A DNA stretch of 40,986 nucleotides from positions 1 to 40,986 of the forward strand of contig JAPEUG010000122.1 of the NCBI GenBank assembly GCA_026025795.1. The letters are read 5' to 3'. Source of the stretch: Thelocarpon superellum (taxonomy: Eukaryota). Position 1 is the stretch's first letter. Each line of letters begins with the position of its first letter. The position numbers and the translations under genes are program-made. Below the pieces are notes generated by a model. The model ran no database searches and was not told the DNA's origin. It saw nothing but the letters and a program-made list of their open reading frames with translations. Shown here one piece after another: positions 1 to 11,995 of the stretch.

Positions 1-918
1 GAGGGCGTGGGTGCCCGGGTACGGCGTTCAATCGGCACGCCGAAGCTGCGCAACTTCTCCCCCTTTCTCATGCTTGACCATTTCACCGTGTTCCCGGGCG
101 CTGGATTTCCGGATCATCCTCATCGCGGTCAGGAAACGATCACCTACCTCTTGGAGGGGTCGTTTGACCATGAGGACTTTGCCGGCAACAAGGGGACCAT
201 CCAGACGGGTGACCTGCAATTCATGACAGCCGGCCGAGGCATCATGCATGCCGAGATGCCGCACCAAAACGAAGATGGCAGCGCCAATGTCGGCATGCAA
301 CTCTGGGTCGATCTTCCCGAGAAGCTCAAGACGGTCGAGCCTCGTTATCGCGATTTGCGCGCGGCAGAGATCCCATCGGTCGACGTCGACGATGACAAGG
401 TCCACGTCAAGGTCATCTCGGGCCAATCACATGGCGTCGACAGCGTCCGCGACCTGGCATATACGCCTGTTTGGTTGCTCGACATCAACATCAAGCCGGG
501 TGGAAAGGTGCAGCAAACGCTGCCGGAAGGATGGAACGCATTCGCGTACACGCTCTCCGGCACCACCACCTTTGGTAGGGGCAAAGATGCCACGAGCATC
601 GGACAATACCACAACGTGGTCTTCCAACAAGACGGCGACTCTGTGACGGCAGAGGTCAGCGCCGATGCCAATGAAGACGGTCATTTCCGTGAGTTCCCCC
701 CGACCCACCGCCGTCCAGGTTAAACGCTCACTGACAATTTTGCTGCAGTCTTGATCGCCGGGCTACCCCTCGACCAGAAGGTGGTGCAGTACGGTCCATT
801 TGTGCTCAACAGCCAGGACCAAGTCTACCAAGCGATGCTGGATTACCAGAGTCATTCAAATGGATTTGAGCGGGCCAAGGGATGGAGGAGCGAAATCGGA
901 AAATCCATGGTTCATTGA
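1..918 (+). CDS. Pirin (bicupin, quercetinase-like), 5'-truncated; exons <1-688, 749-918
   Basis: EGVGARVRRSIG, FLMLDHF, GFPDHPHRGQETITY, QFMTAGRGIMHAEMP. The intron GTGAGT..CTGAC..CAG (689-748) restores the C-terminal LIAGLPLDQKVVQYGPFV; TGA at 916-918. Confidence 0.95.
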
Positions 919-1154
919 TATGGCTGACTAGGTAGTCAAGTTGTTTGGCTCTTCAGCCGCTCAAGTGAATTGTTGAAGTTCGTGTACAATGACAGGACGG
1001 AGTACGGGACAGATATCAGAATGGACCGGAATGGAAAACTGGGTCGAAAAGACTTGTACGCGTGGACATCTCAATCGCCTTGTTCGCTGCTCTGTAAAAA
1101 CGCCTGCGTGGTCGCTATCACCGCGATGCTAAAACGCCAGGACCAGGAAGAGTA

Positions 1155-2831
1155 TTACAGCTCCTCGTGGTAGGCTTCTTCGCTTCCTTCTCCTTCTCCG
1201 CCATCGGTGTCTTCTCCTTCATTCCCATCCGGGGCTCCGCCGGCAGCAGAAGTGCCATGGTCCTCGGGATCGGCATCCACGATGCCACGGACCTTGATCT
1301 CGCCACCAAAGACATGCTCGACTTCCAGCCGCCACCCCTTCTCGCCCGCGCGCTCCTCCAGCTGCTTGCGCCAGTCGTCGACGGCGGCGGGGTCGAGGTT
1401 CAAGCGGCGCAGCTGCTCGTTGTTCAGCCGCTCCACCTTGCCGCCTTTGGCCCTGCCGATGGACATGGCCACGATGTCCACCCCGCCGTCGCCGCCCACG
1501 GCCGCGCCGCCTTCAATGCGTCGTCCGGCTTTGCCCACGCGTTTCTTGGCGCCGACTTCGATTCCGCCGAGTGTGGCGCGTGCTTCGGGTGCGGGCGCTG
1601 CGGGGTCGGGCGCGGTGTCGGGAGGGAGGGGATCGTGGTCGGACTTCGGACTGGGCTCGGATGGGTCGGACGTGCTGCCTTGTAGTAGCCTGCGCTCTGC
1701 TTCGGCCGCTTTGCGCGCTTTCCAGTCCTCGACCTCTGACGCGGAGATGACTTCGCGGCATGCCACCGTGTTGGCGCGGTTTTCGCGAGGCGGGAGAAAG
1801 GCTACGTCGTCGCAGAGCCGTGGCGTGTACACTACCATCAGGTAGGAACACGTCGTGATCTCTTTGATCCATCCAACTCGGTCTTGGGTTTGCGGGTTGC
1901 AGTGGTACTGCGCGCGGTCAGCTAGAGCAGGGCGGGTGATGGTGGCGGAGGTGCCGACTTACCTGCACTTCGACGCTTCGGTCCTTGCCTGTCAAGTCGC
2001 ACACGGTCCCTGCGCCGAGCTTTTGCACCAGATATCGCGTCTCGCCTTTCTCTTGTAGCTCGGTCGACTCCAGCCCCACCCGGCCGCGCGACAGCTCTCC
2101 CCGCATCTCCGCTTCCTCTTCCTCTTCCTCGTCCTCCGACTTGGCCTGGCCGAGGATGTAGGAGGGTGTGGTTGGATCTTCGGTGGGCGGGTAGAATGGA
2201 ATGCCCTTCTGCGGCGGAAGTTGGTGGAATTGCTTCACCTTTCCGTTGTAGCAGAACTGGTAGGACCACCAGCCGGAGATGTAGTAGAGGCACTGTCCTT
2301 CCAACTCTTGCAGCAACTCCCATCCCCGACTCGTCGCCCGTTCCAATTCCTTCTCCTCCTCGGCCCGTGCCGCTGCTTCGGCGGACTCGTTGCGGGCGGC
2401 TTCCTGGACCAGGGGGATAGCGCACAGGTATCTCCGACCGTCCAGCCACATCGGCTCATACGTCTGCGCCAGATCATCGAACCCGTGGTGCTCCGCATCC
2501 GGCGCATGTTCGTCCCGCACCGTGCCCGGTCGATGTGACAGCTCCCCTGCATGTTGCACGGCTTCCGTGGTCTCGCGGGATGCGGCCGAAGTGGTTCTCG
2601 AATGTGCCGCGGATCGTGACGCGGCGTACGCTATTTGAGAATCGGCATCGTGGTCGGAGATGAAGGCGTCGGAGAAGACGATGTCGTACTATCGACCGTT
2701 AGGGGAGAGTACGTCATCGGGAGGCCATCACTCACCTGAGGAAAGGCCAAAAGATCGTCGTGTACACTGAAGACATGCTGGCTTCCAAGGACGGCGGTGA
2801 TTAGAACGGAAAGAACCAAGTAGCGCTCCAT
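1155..2831 (-). CDS. YOS9: OS-9/Yos9 ERAD lectin (MRH/PRKCSH domain); exons 2831-2736, 2688-1963, 1907-1155
   Basis: Signal peptide, FSVHDDLLAFPQY, CLYYISGWWSYQFCY..QFH, GTVCDLTGKDRSVEVQ|YHC, IKEITTCSYLMVVYTPRLC; C-terminal HEEL ER-retrieval-like signal; both introns canonical. Confidence 0.93.
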
Positions 2832-3240
2832 GATGCCATCGATCGAGGGGAACGCTCAGAGAACAGTCCAGCACAATGGTGATGCTGGTAGTGCCGCAGA
2901 GGCCGACGAGTGAGACGGGCCTCTACCCTCTGCTGACCGGTAGCAACATATCTGGCTAGTCGACGAACGATGACAATGCGACTTGGGATCGCGGCCCGGC
3001 CAGATGGAGTATGGCGCAATGTGTCATCCTGCGTGGGAGGACTGAGTACCACTCGGCGGACAACGACGAAAAGTACGGGGACCCACAAAAGCTATCTTAG
3101 TAAGAGCTTCACCCCACGTAAAATGACATACTCGTCCCTCCGGCAGCAGTACGAAGTACATGCCGCTCTACGGAGGTGAGACTCAACTTGGGCTTGAACG
3201 GAGCCTGTCCCTCACCACACTTTCTTGGTCTCGCCCAAGA

Positions 3241-4521
3241 ATGGCCTCACCACAGGTCGTGGCTGAACTCGCAAGACTGGAGCCATCGTCAGTCTCCGCC
3301 TCCGACAAAGCCAATGGTTACGCCAATCTCCTCAAGATCTTGTTGCAAGATCCGTCTCCCGACCACCTCACAGCCAATCTGCGTGCACTCCTGGACTCCA
3401 TCCTTGGAGAGACGGTGGGCATAGTTGCTGCAAGGCCTTTGCTGTCAACCTTCGTCGAGTCACTCAAGGCCATCCATAATTCGGAGCTTCAGATCGACGT
3501 CGGCCAACATGCACTGGACCTCCTCCAGCCGCGAGTGGTGTCGTTTGAGGAGCAAGACGCCAGCATCCGAGACATCATGGCAGAAGCGTACGAAGCCACG
3601 GACGAACACACGGCGGCGGCCAAGGTGCTGCAAGGCATCCAGCTGGACTCCTCACAGCGGATGATCTCGGACGACGAGAAGGTGCGAGTGTGGATCCGAA
3701 TCGTGCGCAACTACCTCGAGGACGACGATAGCATCAACGCGGAGATCTACCTGATGAAAGCCAAGAACCTGGTCTACAAGTGTGAGGACCAAGAGTTGAA
3801 TTTGATGTTCCAGCTCTCGCAGGCGAGGATCCTCGACGCACGACGACGCTTCCTCGAGGCATGCCAGGCCTACCACACCCTGAGCTTCTCGCCCGTCGTG
3901 GTGGAAGAAGAGCGAGCACGTGCCCTCTCATCTGCCATCATCTGCGCCGTGCTTGCCCCCGCCGGCCCGCAACGGTCTCGCACCCTGGCCCGTCTCTACA
4001 AGGACGAGAGAGGTGCGCAGCTGCCCGAGTTTGGCATCCTGGAGAAGATGTTCTTGGACCGGCTCCTCTCGCCGGACGAAGTGGAGAAATTTGCGGCCGG
4101 CCTTTCGGAGCACCACCTCGCGCGCACCAGCGACGGTTCGACGGTGCTCCGCAAGGCGGTGGTGGAGCACAATCTGCTGGGGGCGTCGCGTCTGTACAAC
4201 GACATTGGGATGTGGGAGCTGGGAGTGCTGCTGGATCTGCCCGGCGCAATGGCAGAAGAATACGCCGCGGGCATGATCGAGCAGGGCCGACTAGCGGGGC
4301 ACATTGACCAGATCCAGCAAGTCGTGTATTTTGACGGCGGAGAGGGCTCCGGCGAACGGTCTAGTGCGGGACAGACGGACGGCGTGGGTCATTCGGCTGG
4401 CGCCCGTCACCTGCGCCTGTGGGACGCCAACGTGCAGGGTCTCGCCGAGGAGGTGGAGCGCGTCACGTCGCTGTTGCAGACGGGGTATCCGGACTTTGTC
4501 GCCTCGCATTTGGTCCATTAG
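3241..4521 (+). CDS. CSN4: COP9 signalosome subunit 4 (PCI domain), intronless
   Basis: PRVVSFEEQ, RIVRNYLEDDD, AVLAPAGPQRSRTLARLYKDER, ILEKMFLDRLL, KAVVEHNLLGASRLYNDI. ATG 3241 preferred over 3160. Confidence 0.95.
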   Translation: MASPQVVAELARLEPSSVSASDKANGYANLLKILLQDPSPDHLTANLRALLDSILGETVGIVAARPLLSTFVESLKAIHNSELQIDVGQHALDLLQPRVVSFEEQDASIRDIMAEAYEATDEHTAAAKVLQGIQLDSSQRMISDDEKVRVWIRIVRNYLEDDDSINAEIYLMKAKNLVYKCEDQELNLMFQLSQARILDARRRFLEACQAYHTLSFSPVVVEEERARALSSAIICAVLAPAGPQRSRTLARLYKDERGAQLPEFGILEKMFLDRLLSPDEVEKFAAGLSEHHLARTSDGSTVLRKAVVEHNLLGASRLYNDIGMWELGVLLDLPGAMAEEYAAGMIEQGRLAGHIDQIQQVVYFDGGEGSGERSSAGQTDGVGHSAGARHLRLWDANVQGLAEEVERVTSLLQTGYPDFVASHLVH

Positions 4522-4644
4522 ATTCCACGCTGGAGGCGTTGTGGTGTATTCTTCACGTTGACTCGTGAGTCGTAGATGAGGAGGCATATGTATTCCTGTG
4601 CTATGTACACGAAAGACTCCAGGCCACCTCAAACTCCGTTCCAT

Positions 4645-4676
4645 CCGTCCGTCCGTCCGTCCGTCCGTCCGTCCGT
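4645..4676. repeat. (CCGT)8 microsatellite between the convergent CSN4 and NSA2 3' ends
   Basis: Read directly from the sequence. Confidence 0.95.
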
Positions 4677-4726
4677 CATTTCCCAACCTTGATGATGACG
4701 CGCCGAGACTGCGATGAGCATGATAT

Positions 4727-5865
4727 TTAAACCAGTAAAACACTAAGAGCGAAGATCATCAGCAGCTGAAGAAGACGGGGTCTCGGGCTCGGGCCCGGTG
4801 TTGGATGCAGGAGAGAGGGAGAGAGAAAGAGAGAGAAAGGAAGACGTACGCATTGACACAGCCATCGTTCTCGCACGAATTCGTAATCTGCGCCCACCGA
4901 CCCCAGACAACCTTCCCCCCGGCCGTGACGAGGCCGAGCTCACTGACGTTGACTTCGATGATGGTGCCTTTCGTGAGCACACCCAGCTGCGTGTACATGG
5001 GATTCTGCGGGTTTTTCTTCACGGACAGAATCGGCAGTTGCACCGTCACGCCCAGCTCGGGGTGCGTGACATTGGCTTTCTTGTACCGCAGGCCCATGGG
5101 TCGGATGAATCGTTCGTATTTCACTGGTCGCCGGGTGAAGTCGTTCCCGACTGCCGAGGGAGACGAAGTGGTTAGTTCGTGGAGATGCATCAGGATGGAG
5201 TGAGGGAGGGACACACCAAACGTCGGCTTCGTAATCATCCGTTTCCAAGACTTCTTCGCCGTCTTCTTGCCCGTCTTGATCACCTTGAACATCTCTTCTT
5301 CCGCAATCCCCCGTACTTTCGGCAGGGGCACGCTGAACTTGGCCGCCTTCTCAGCGCGCTTGTTCTTAATGGCGCTCGAGAGGGCCTTGGCGTTGGTAGG
5401 TTGTGATCGATCGAGGAGGTATTGCGGCAGCGGCGTAGACGAGGGTTCGTTGGGCGTGGCGGACTTGACGTTTCGTTCTTCGTGTGCCTTGATTTGCTTC
5501 TTCATCTGGATCTTCTCCGCGTGCCGCTTCTTCTGGTACAGCTTCGCACGTAATCCGTGTAGTTTCTGCGCATCTTGTGACGCTTTGTGTCCTTCTCGTG
5601 CGATTCGTTTTCGTGTTCGTTCCTCGTGGTCGAGTCTAGCGAGAACAGATAGATGTTAGGAGAGTCTGGGGCTGATGGCTGGAGGCGTGGAGCTTACCTC
5701 TTCCCGTGCTGTTTCTGCCATCGCTCGATATATCTGTCTTAGTTAGTATGGACGTACGATGTACCGTGTAGATGGTGGGCGCTAGACATACTCGTTTTGA
5801 GGCTGTGTGAAGAGAAGAGGTTAGCGTTTGTGCATCCACTCGAGAGACAGCATTGCACGTACCAT
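4727..5865 (-). CDS. NSA2: Ribosome biogenesis protein Nsa2; exons 5865-5863, 5802-5792, 5733-5698, 5635-5217, 5150-4850, 4742-4727
   Basis: Spliced product [23 protein letters not shown]...[35 protein letters not shown]...[27 protein letters not shown]; all five introns GT-AG and phase-consistent. Confidence 0.96.
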
Positions 5866-6040
5866 GATGACGAAATCCTCGCACTTGAACGATCCCGAGA
5901 GTGGATCTCAAGCCGAGTGGAGGCGATCGAATGTATTTCCACCTTCACGAAAACTATAGCCGTGGGAGTTGAGTGCGACTCAATGGGCGAGGCGGAACTC
6001 TTGGCACGCTAAATCTTTTCAGTCGGCCCGTTGGACGAGG

Positions 6041-6080
6041 AGCAGCAGCAGAGGCAGCAGCAACAGCAGCAACAGCAGCA
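6041..6080. repeat. Imperfect CAG/CAA trinucleotide tract in the NSA2/bL21m divergent intergenic region
   Basis: agcagcagcagaggcagcagcaacagcagcaacagcagca. Confidence 0.85.
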
Positions 6081-6210
6081 AGTTGACATCGAGAACCGAA
6101 CGGCAGAGTTCTCGCAACCATGCGATCCATCAAGGCCTGATCCCAATCCGAGGATTCTACTGGGGAACGACTCAAAAACCGAGTAGAAGGACAAGACGAG
6201 GTGCGTCACG

Positions 6211-6927
6211 ATGCTCGCTCAACCGCTCCAACGCGTGACGGCGATACGAAGCCTCGTCGGATCGACGCTGCGTCGGCCGCACCAGCACCATCTCCCTCCA
6301 ACCTTCCTCCTCCCCAATCGAGCTCGTTCTTTCAATTCGACACCTCCAATTATAGAGACGACTCCTCTAGGCCCAACTTCGGTCGAGACACCATTCAGCT
6401 CCGCTCCGCCATCTCCTACCCCAACACCGTCATCGTCGGATCTACCCTCTACTGTCACATCTCCTCCGACAGCGACAGCACAAGCACAAGCACAGGCACA
6501 AGCACAAGCACCATCTCCGACTACCCCCCACGAATCTATCCACACGCTACTTCCCCTCCTCCAAGGCCAGAGCGCCCACTACATCACCTTGCACATTCAT
6601 GCCCGCCCGTACCTCGTCACGACGGGCGACATCATCCGGCTGCCCTTCCACATGCGTGACGTAGTCGTCGGCGACGTGCTGCGTCTAACTCGCGCCTCGG
6701 TGCTAGGGAGTCGCGATTATACGCTCAAAGGCGCGCCGTACGTCGATGAGCGGCTGTTCGAGTGCCGGGCCCGCGTCGTGGGGGTCGAGTCGGAGCCACT
6801 TAGGGTGATTGAGAAGACGAAGCGGAGACAGCGGAGGGTGAAGCGGATCAAGTCCAAGATGCGCTTTACCGTCTTGCGAGTTGCCGAGGTCAAGGTGAGG
6901 GGGGTGGAGGGGTTGCAGTCGTCTTGA
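6211..6927 (+). CDS. MRPL49: Mitochondrial ribosomal protein bL21m (Mrpl49-like)
   Basis: Arg-rich presequence; YITLHIHARPYLVTTGD, VLGSRDYTLKG, KTKRRQRRVKRIKSKMRFTVLR; a GCACAA repeat encodes an AQ tract. Confidence 0.88.
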   Translation: MLAQPLQRVTAIRSLVGSTLRRPHQHHLPPTFLLPNRARSFNSTPPIIETTPLGPTSVETPFSSAPPSPTPTPSSSDLPSTVTSPPTATAQAQAQAQAQAPSPTTPHESIHTLLPLLQGQSAHYITLHIHARPYLVTTGDIIRLPFHMRDVVVGDVLRLTRASVLGSRDYTLKGAPYVDERLFECRARVVGVESEPLRVIEKTKRRQRRVKRIKSKMRFTVLRVAEVKVRGVEGLQSS

Positions 6928-7137
6928 ATTCCCCCAGAGGGTGTACGGTCCTCGGGAAGGTGTATATTCTATAGGGAACACCGTCATGCATTCATGATTA
7001 CCTAGCAAACGCTGCCACCCGCCATGGCCCCGCCCCGCCCAGCCTAGCCAGGCAGACGCCGAGGATTGAGAGCCATGCAGATGCACATGCTTCACGCAGG
7101 GTATTTGCAAAGCCATCTGGTCGCCGTCACCGCCTGC

Positions 7138-9624
7138 TCACCCTCCATCCCGCTCTTGATTCAGGTGCTTGATCCTCGAATAAAACATGGCCGGCCACCT
7201 CGCCAGCTCCTCATCCGACGGTAGTCCATCCTGCTGACAATGCTTGACGACATTCTGGAGGATACGACCCAGCAGGTCCTGACTGATGTCCACCACGCCC
7301 TCCTTCTCCCTGCTCACGTCGGGGTAGAGAAAGGGGTCGGTATGGGCGAGGAGAGAGCCGATGGTTGGTCGCAGCGTCGGGTCCCGGTTCAAGCAGGCCT
7401 TCATGGTGCGCAGGAGCGCCGAGGGAACAGGCACGTCGCCTACGCCGACTCCCGGGTACTCGATCGCGTGCTTGGCGTTGGTGATGGCCACCACGCGCTG
7501 GAGCTGGTTGGTGATCTTGGCGAACGGGGGCCGGCCGTAGACCATCTGGTAGAGGATGCAACCCAGGCTCCACACGTCGCTCGGCTTGCCCAGGCGCATC
7601 ATCTTGCCCATCGTCGCGGGCAGGCCGCTCTTGGCGTTGTAGTCCTCGATGGCCTCCGGCGCCATGTAGTTCGGCGTGCCCACCGTCTGCTCCCGGTGCA
7701 CGTTGACCGTGTCGTCCTGGATGGCGTTGGCGATGCCAAAGTCAATAAGCTTTAATCGCCCTTTGACCAGCAGGAAGTTGGCCGGTTTGAGATCCGAGTG
7801 GACGATGTCGAACTGATGCACCGCCTGCACGCACTCCAGCATCTCCTTCCAGTAGAAGCGCGTGAAGTTGATGTCGAACCGGACGTCGTCCGCCCGAAGC
7901 TTCAGGATCCGATCGAGGTCCGATTCGCCCATCTCCATCAACTGTCGGTCCATCAGTCACTGCCCCACGTCGCAAGGCGTCCCGAGGAAGACCGGCTGGA
8001 GACATACCACGCTGAGCGTCTGCTTCTCGTCATTCACCTCAAAGTCGTATAGCGTCACCACCCGCCCGACGTTCTCCAGCCGTTTCAAGAGATCGATCTC
8101 GCCCTTGTATCCCCTGATGGTCGCCTCATCGCAATCCTCGAGCGCCACTTTCTTCAGCGCAAAGAGTCGAAAGTTCTCCGCCATCACCCGATACACTCGT
8201 GAGCTCCCGCCACGCCCGATACAGTCGAGGCGAGTGAAGACCTTGTTGTTGATGGTCATGCGGCTGAACTTCTTCCGCGACCCCGACGTCGTCTCCGCCC
8301 CCGCCGTCGCCGTCGCCGTCTCCAGCATGGACATCTTAGGCGGCGGCGGCGGTGGCGCAGGCCTCTGGGCCGTATTTTGACTCCGGGGCGCCAGGGCCTG
8401 CCGTGGAGGTGAGACGGTCGTCGGTGTCTTCCCGAGCAACTTTGACTCTAGCCCAGTACCCTCCAACCGCGACAGAATCGACAAGGCCGACGCCGGCTTG
8501 CTCCGTTTAAAGGTGGGCGGCGGCTCGTTCTCCTGGTCGTGCTGTGACGGCAAGGTCGGGTGGGGAATGGGGGCAGCCGCGTCGTTGGACCGCTGCTCCT
8601 CCACTGGCGAGTCCGGTGAGGTGCGCGCGAGTCGCACGTTCGACGTCGGCGCTAGCTTTGGGCTTCGTGAGGCCGACGACACGGCGGCCTTTGGGCTCTG
8701 TGCTTCCTCGCTCTGTCGCTGCCGGCCGCGGCGGGCGGGACCGCTCAGAAAGGCCCCCGAGACCTTGCCCACGCGTTTGAACCGCATGGACCCCTGGACC
8801 CCTGTCTCCTCGACATGTCGTGTTCGGGCGACGGTCGACACGGCGTAGCGCGGCGCGCTGCTGTCCCCGCGAGTCCCGCTGTGTGACCGGCTCGCGGTGG
8901 AAGGTAGACCGGCGCCGAGGGGTCCCTCTCGTACGCCTGGGACATCTTCGAATCCTGACTTTTCCAACGGTGCGTGTGATGCGGCCGGCGAGTTGGCCGC
9001 GCTGCGCACCACAACCATTCTGGGTCGCGGCGCTGGTGTGATCAACTCCCGTGGGCTGGGGGACACGGCGGTGGTTGGCCTCGCGCCGGACCCCGGGGTG
9101 CCCGGATTCGACTGCGTCCGTCGATGAATGGATGCGCTCGAGGGTCCGCCACTCAGACGGACGATCCGCGGTGGGGTGTGGGTCGGAGAGGTAAACTTGG
9201 GTTGGTGTGGGGTCTGGACCTCCGAGGCGGACAATGCTCGTCGTATCGTTGCCGCCTCTACTGATCCTCCACTCAGTCGGATCACTCGGGGATGAATGGC
9301 GTCGTCACGCCGTGCGGCAGGGGACTCGATCCGGGCGTGCGGTCGCCATGGCGCCTGGTATTTGCTCCCGTCGGGGGTCGAGAGGCCTCGCGCTCTGGCG
9401 TGTGGCGGCGACGATGGCTCGACCAACGAGAGTTCATCGTTGAGCAGGGCGTTGGTCAGGGCGGAAAATTTCATGGGCGCCAAGTTGAGGGAAATGTCAT
9501 CGTCCGAGCTGTCGGCGGCTGGCATGGTCCGGGTCGTGTCGGTGGTGGGGTGGGGTCGCGCCATTGTGCCCATCGGCCTCATCGTGGACAAGGGCGACCC
9601 GCGTTTTAGAGGCGGACGAGACAT
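7138..9624 (-). CDS. MPS1: Mps1/TTK spindle-checkpoint kinase; exons ~9624-8008, 7941-7138 (start uncertain)
   Basis: IGRGGSSRVYRV, GYKGEIDLLKRL, IVHSDLKPANFLLVKGRLKLIDFGIANAI, GTPNYMAPE, SDVWSLGCILYQMVYG; intron 7942-8007. First in-frame ATG is 9624; the frame stays open to 9813. Confidence 0.93.
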
Positions 9625-10156
9625 GTCGTCAATGCCCTGGGCCAGGGTGGTGAAGGTGGTGATGCATCGCGGAGGTGGACGACAAAGGTACCACGGTTGT
9701 GGTGGATCGGGTAGACTTGGACGGCGCGTGTGTTCGAATGCGAGCCTCCGTGCTCGTTGCCCTTTCGGGTAATGTGTCGATGTTCGAACCTCGTCGACGC
9801 GTCGGCCAGCCAACCATCACAACCCACGCGATTGTACGAAGTACTAACATAGACAAGTCCGCGCACCGCCAGACCGAGAGCGTATTGCAAGTAGTATTTC
9901 CTGACCACCACTTAGTCTCCTTCACAGCTTGTCTTGTTCAGAATCACCTTTGATATTCTACAGACGACGATCTGGAGTGTTTTGATGAGTAGAGCTCGGT
10001 GTGGTGGCCAGACTTCAGTCGTTGAGGCTCTGCTCGGTTCACTCGTCGAGCCAGAAACTACTGCGACCACCCTAAAGCGTAACGCTCGGAGCGAAGGTCA
10101 ATGGTCAACACGCTCCTCTTGCTCTTTTGACCATCCTTCTCACGCCTCTATCCTTC

Positions 10157-10195
10157 ATCTCAGTCTCGTCTGATCTCAGTCTCGTCTCATCTCAG
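10157..10195. repeat. 16-bp tandem repeat ATCTCAGTCTCGTCTN, about 2.4 copies
   Basis: atctcagtctcgtct-g-atctcagtctcgtct-c-atctcag. Confidence 0.8.
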
Positions 10196-10331
10196 ACCCT
10201 GTTCATGACCCGAGCTTCGTTTGGGGTACGCCAGGAAGTGGGCGTGAAGGCTGCCCGGTCTATCTACCTAGACGGAGTACCGCTCCGTACTAGTTGTAGC
10301 TACACGTTCATACAAATGCATTACATCTCAA

Positions 10332-11643
10332 TTACGTGTTGCTTGCTCCAAGGTCGTCAGGGTTGGCAATGACGATAGCCACCACAACGCAGATGTCGTC
10401 GACCTTTCCACCGCGGTAATCATCGCTGGGATACAGCCGTTGCACCTCTTTGGCAAAGGGTCCGTCCACCCGTCGATTGAGACTGGCCATTTTGGCCTCG
10501 CCCGCAATCGTCGACGCCAGCAGACTCTGCAGCGTGGGATGCTCGCTCGGCCCGTCACGTAGCTGCTGCGTCATGCGGCTCAAGTCCTCGCTGGCCAGGG
10601 TGCCTTGCTCCGATACCCTCCAGCCGTGGGTGGTCTGCATGCAACGACTGACCATCTTGAGCAGCTGCTGCGGGCTGATATTGTCCCACACGCCGTCCGT
10701 GGCGAACACGAGCACATCCCCGTGCCGCGTGTCGTGACGGCTGACGCTGGCGTCCTTGGGCAGGTCTTGCCATGGCCGGCCTCCAAAGACCATGGACTGG
10801 GCGAGAACGTGGGGTGGGATGAGGGAGAGCTGGTAGGGCGTGTTGAACGCGTGCGTCTGCGGGGCTGACATATGCCGGACCGCGTTCAGCCGGAGCTGTG
10901 CAAACCCTGAATCGCCCAGACTGCCCGGCACACCACGTCAGCGGGAATCATCGTAAACCCGGAGGACGGTAGTCGTACTTGGCCACTTCAACGACACCAT
11001 CGGGGTGAGCGACCCCGACGCATGCTGTGCTCCCGCCCGCACGGATGCTCGGGTCTTTGACGACACCGACGTAGCCCGTCTGGAGCAATGCTTGCGCGCG
11101 TAAGGGCCTGTTGTCGTCGTACTGCGATGCCGTCGTGGCCATGTGATGACAGATGCCATGGGAGAAGTCGGACGGGTCCACCCCAGAGTCCGCCCAGCCG
11201 CCCACGCCATCAGCCTAGGTCTGGTCAGGATGAGGCGGAAAGTACGGCGAGCACCCCGGTCAAAAACGTACAATGCCAAACGCTACGCCTCCGGTAGTCC
11301 CCACGTTCGCCATGAAAAAGGCATCCTCGCCACTATTGAGGCGCTTGGACGGGGGCGTGCCCCGACGATGGTTGGTCACTGGAGGCGAAGTAGAGTCGGC
11401 AGCCGATGCATCATGATCAATGAAATCAGCGTCGGGGTTGAATGGGCGGTTCTTGGCTGAGCACGCGGCAGCAAGACGAAAGAAGGTGGAGGGGACATGG
11501 GACCGGCGGGAATGACCTCGTGGGACCAGAAACGGGACGGACAATGGTGTACAAGATGGAGATCGAGATGGGAAGTAGCGGGCGGTATGCAGGGTCAGTC
11601 GTGATTGCTGCGCCAGGCAGGCCACTGCAGATCTGATGACCAT
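10332..11643 (-). CDS. PTC7: PTC7/Azr1-type PP2C phosphatase, probably mitochondrial; exons 11643-11272, 11214-10979, 10920-10332
   Basis: SGEDAFF, FGI|ADGVGGW, AGGSTAC, VAN|LGDSG, QTHAFNTPYQLS, VFATDGVWDN, GGKVDDICVVV; presequence-like N-terminus. Confidence 0.92.
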
Positions 11644-11995
11644 CACCCCGCCGTCACCAATCAGTCCTGCCGTGCCTCGGACGGCGGTGGGCAGATCCGC
11701 TCTTCACGCTCTCCAACAATTCATCGCAGGGGTAGGGCTACGCTCCACTTCCCGCTGATTACCCACTATTATGGATGACCACGACGCAGACATTGTCGTC
11801 AACCGATGGCGGATAACATTCGACGTCTGATGGTTGAGATTTGGATCACGGTCGACCTTCCCTTATGTAAGCCAAACATTTGTCTGAATATCAGATTGGC
11901 GCGCAACATAGCCACCAGGACGATTCTGCCCCGCCAGGCCGGCAGCTTCCACCCCCCCCCAAATTGGACGTCCCTCCGATCCGTAGTCGCCCACC

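Noticed and set aside
11215..11271. Yeast PTC7-style productive intron retention
   Set aside because: This intron contains an in-frame stop at about 11260.
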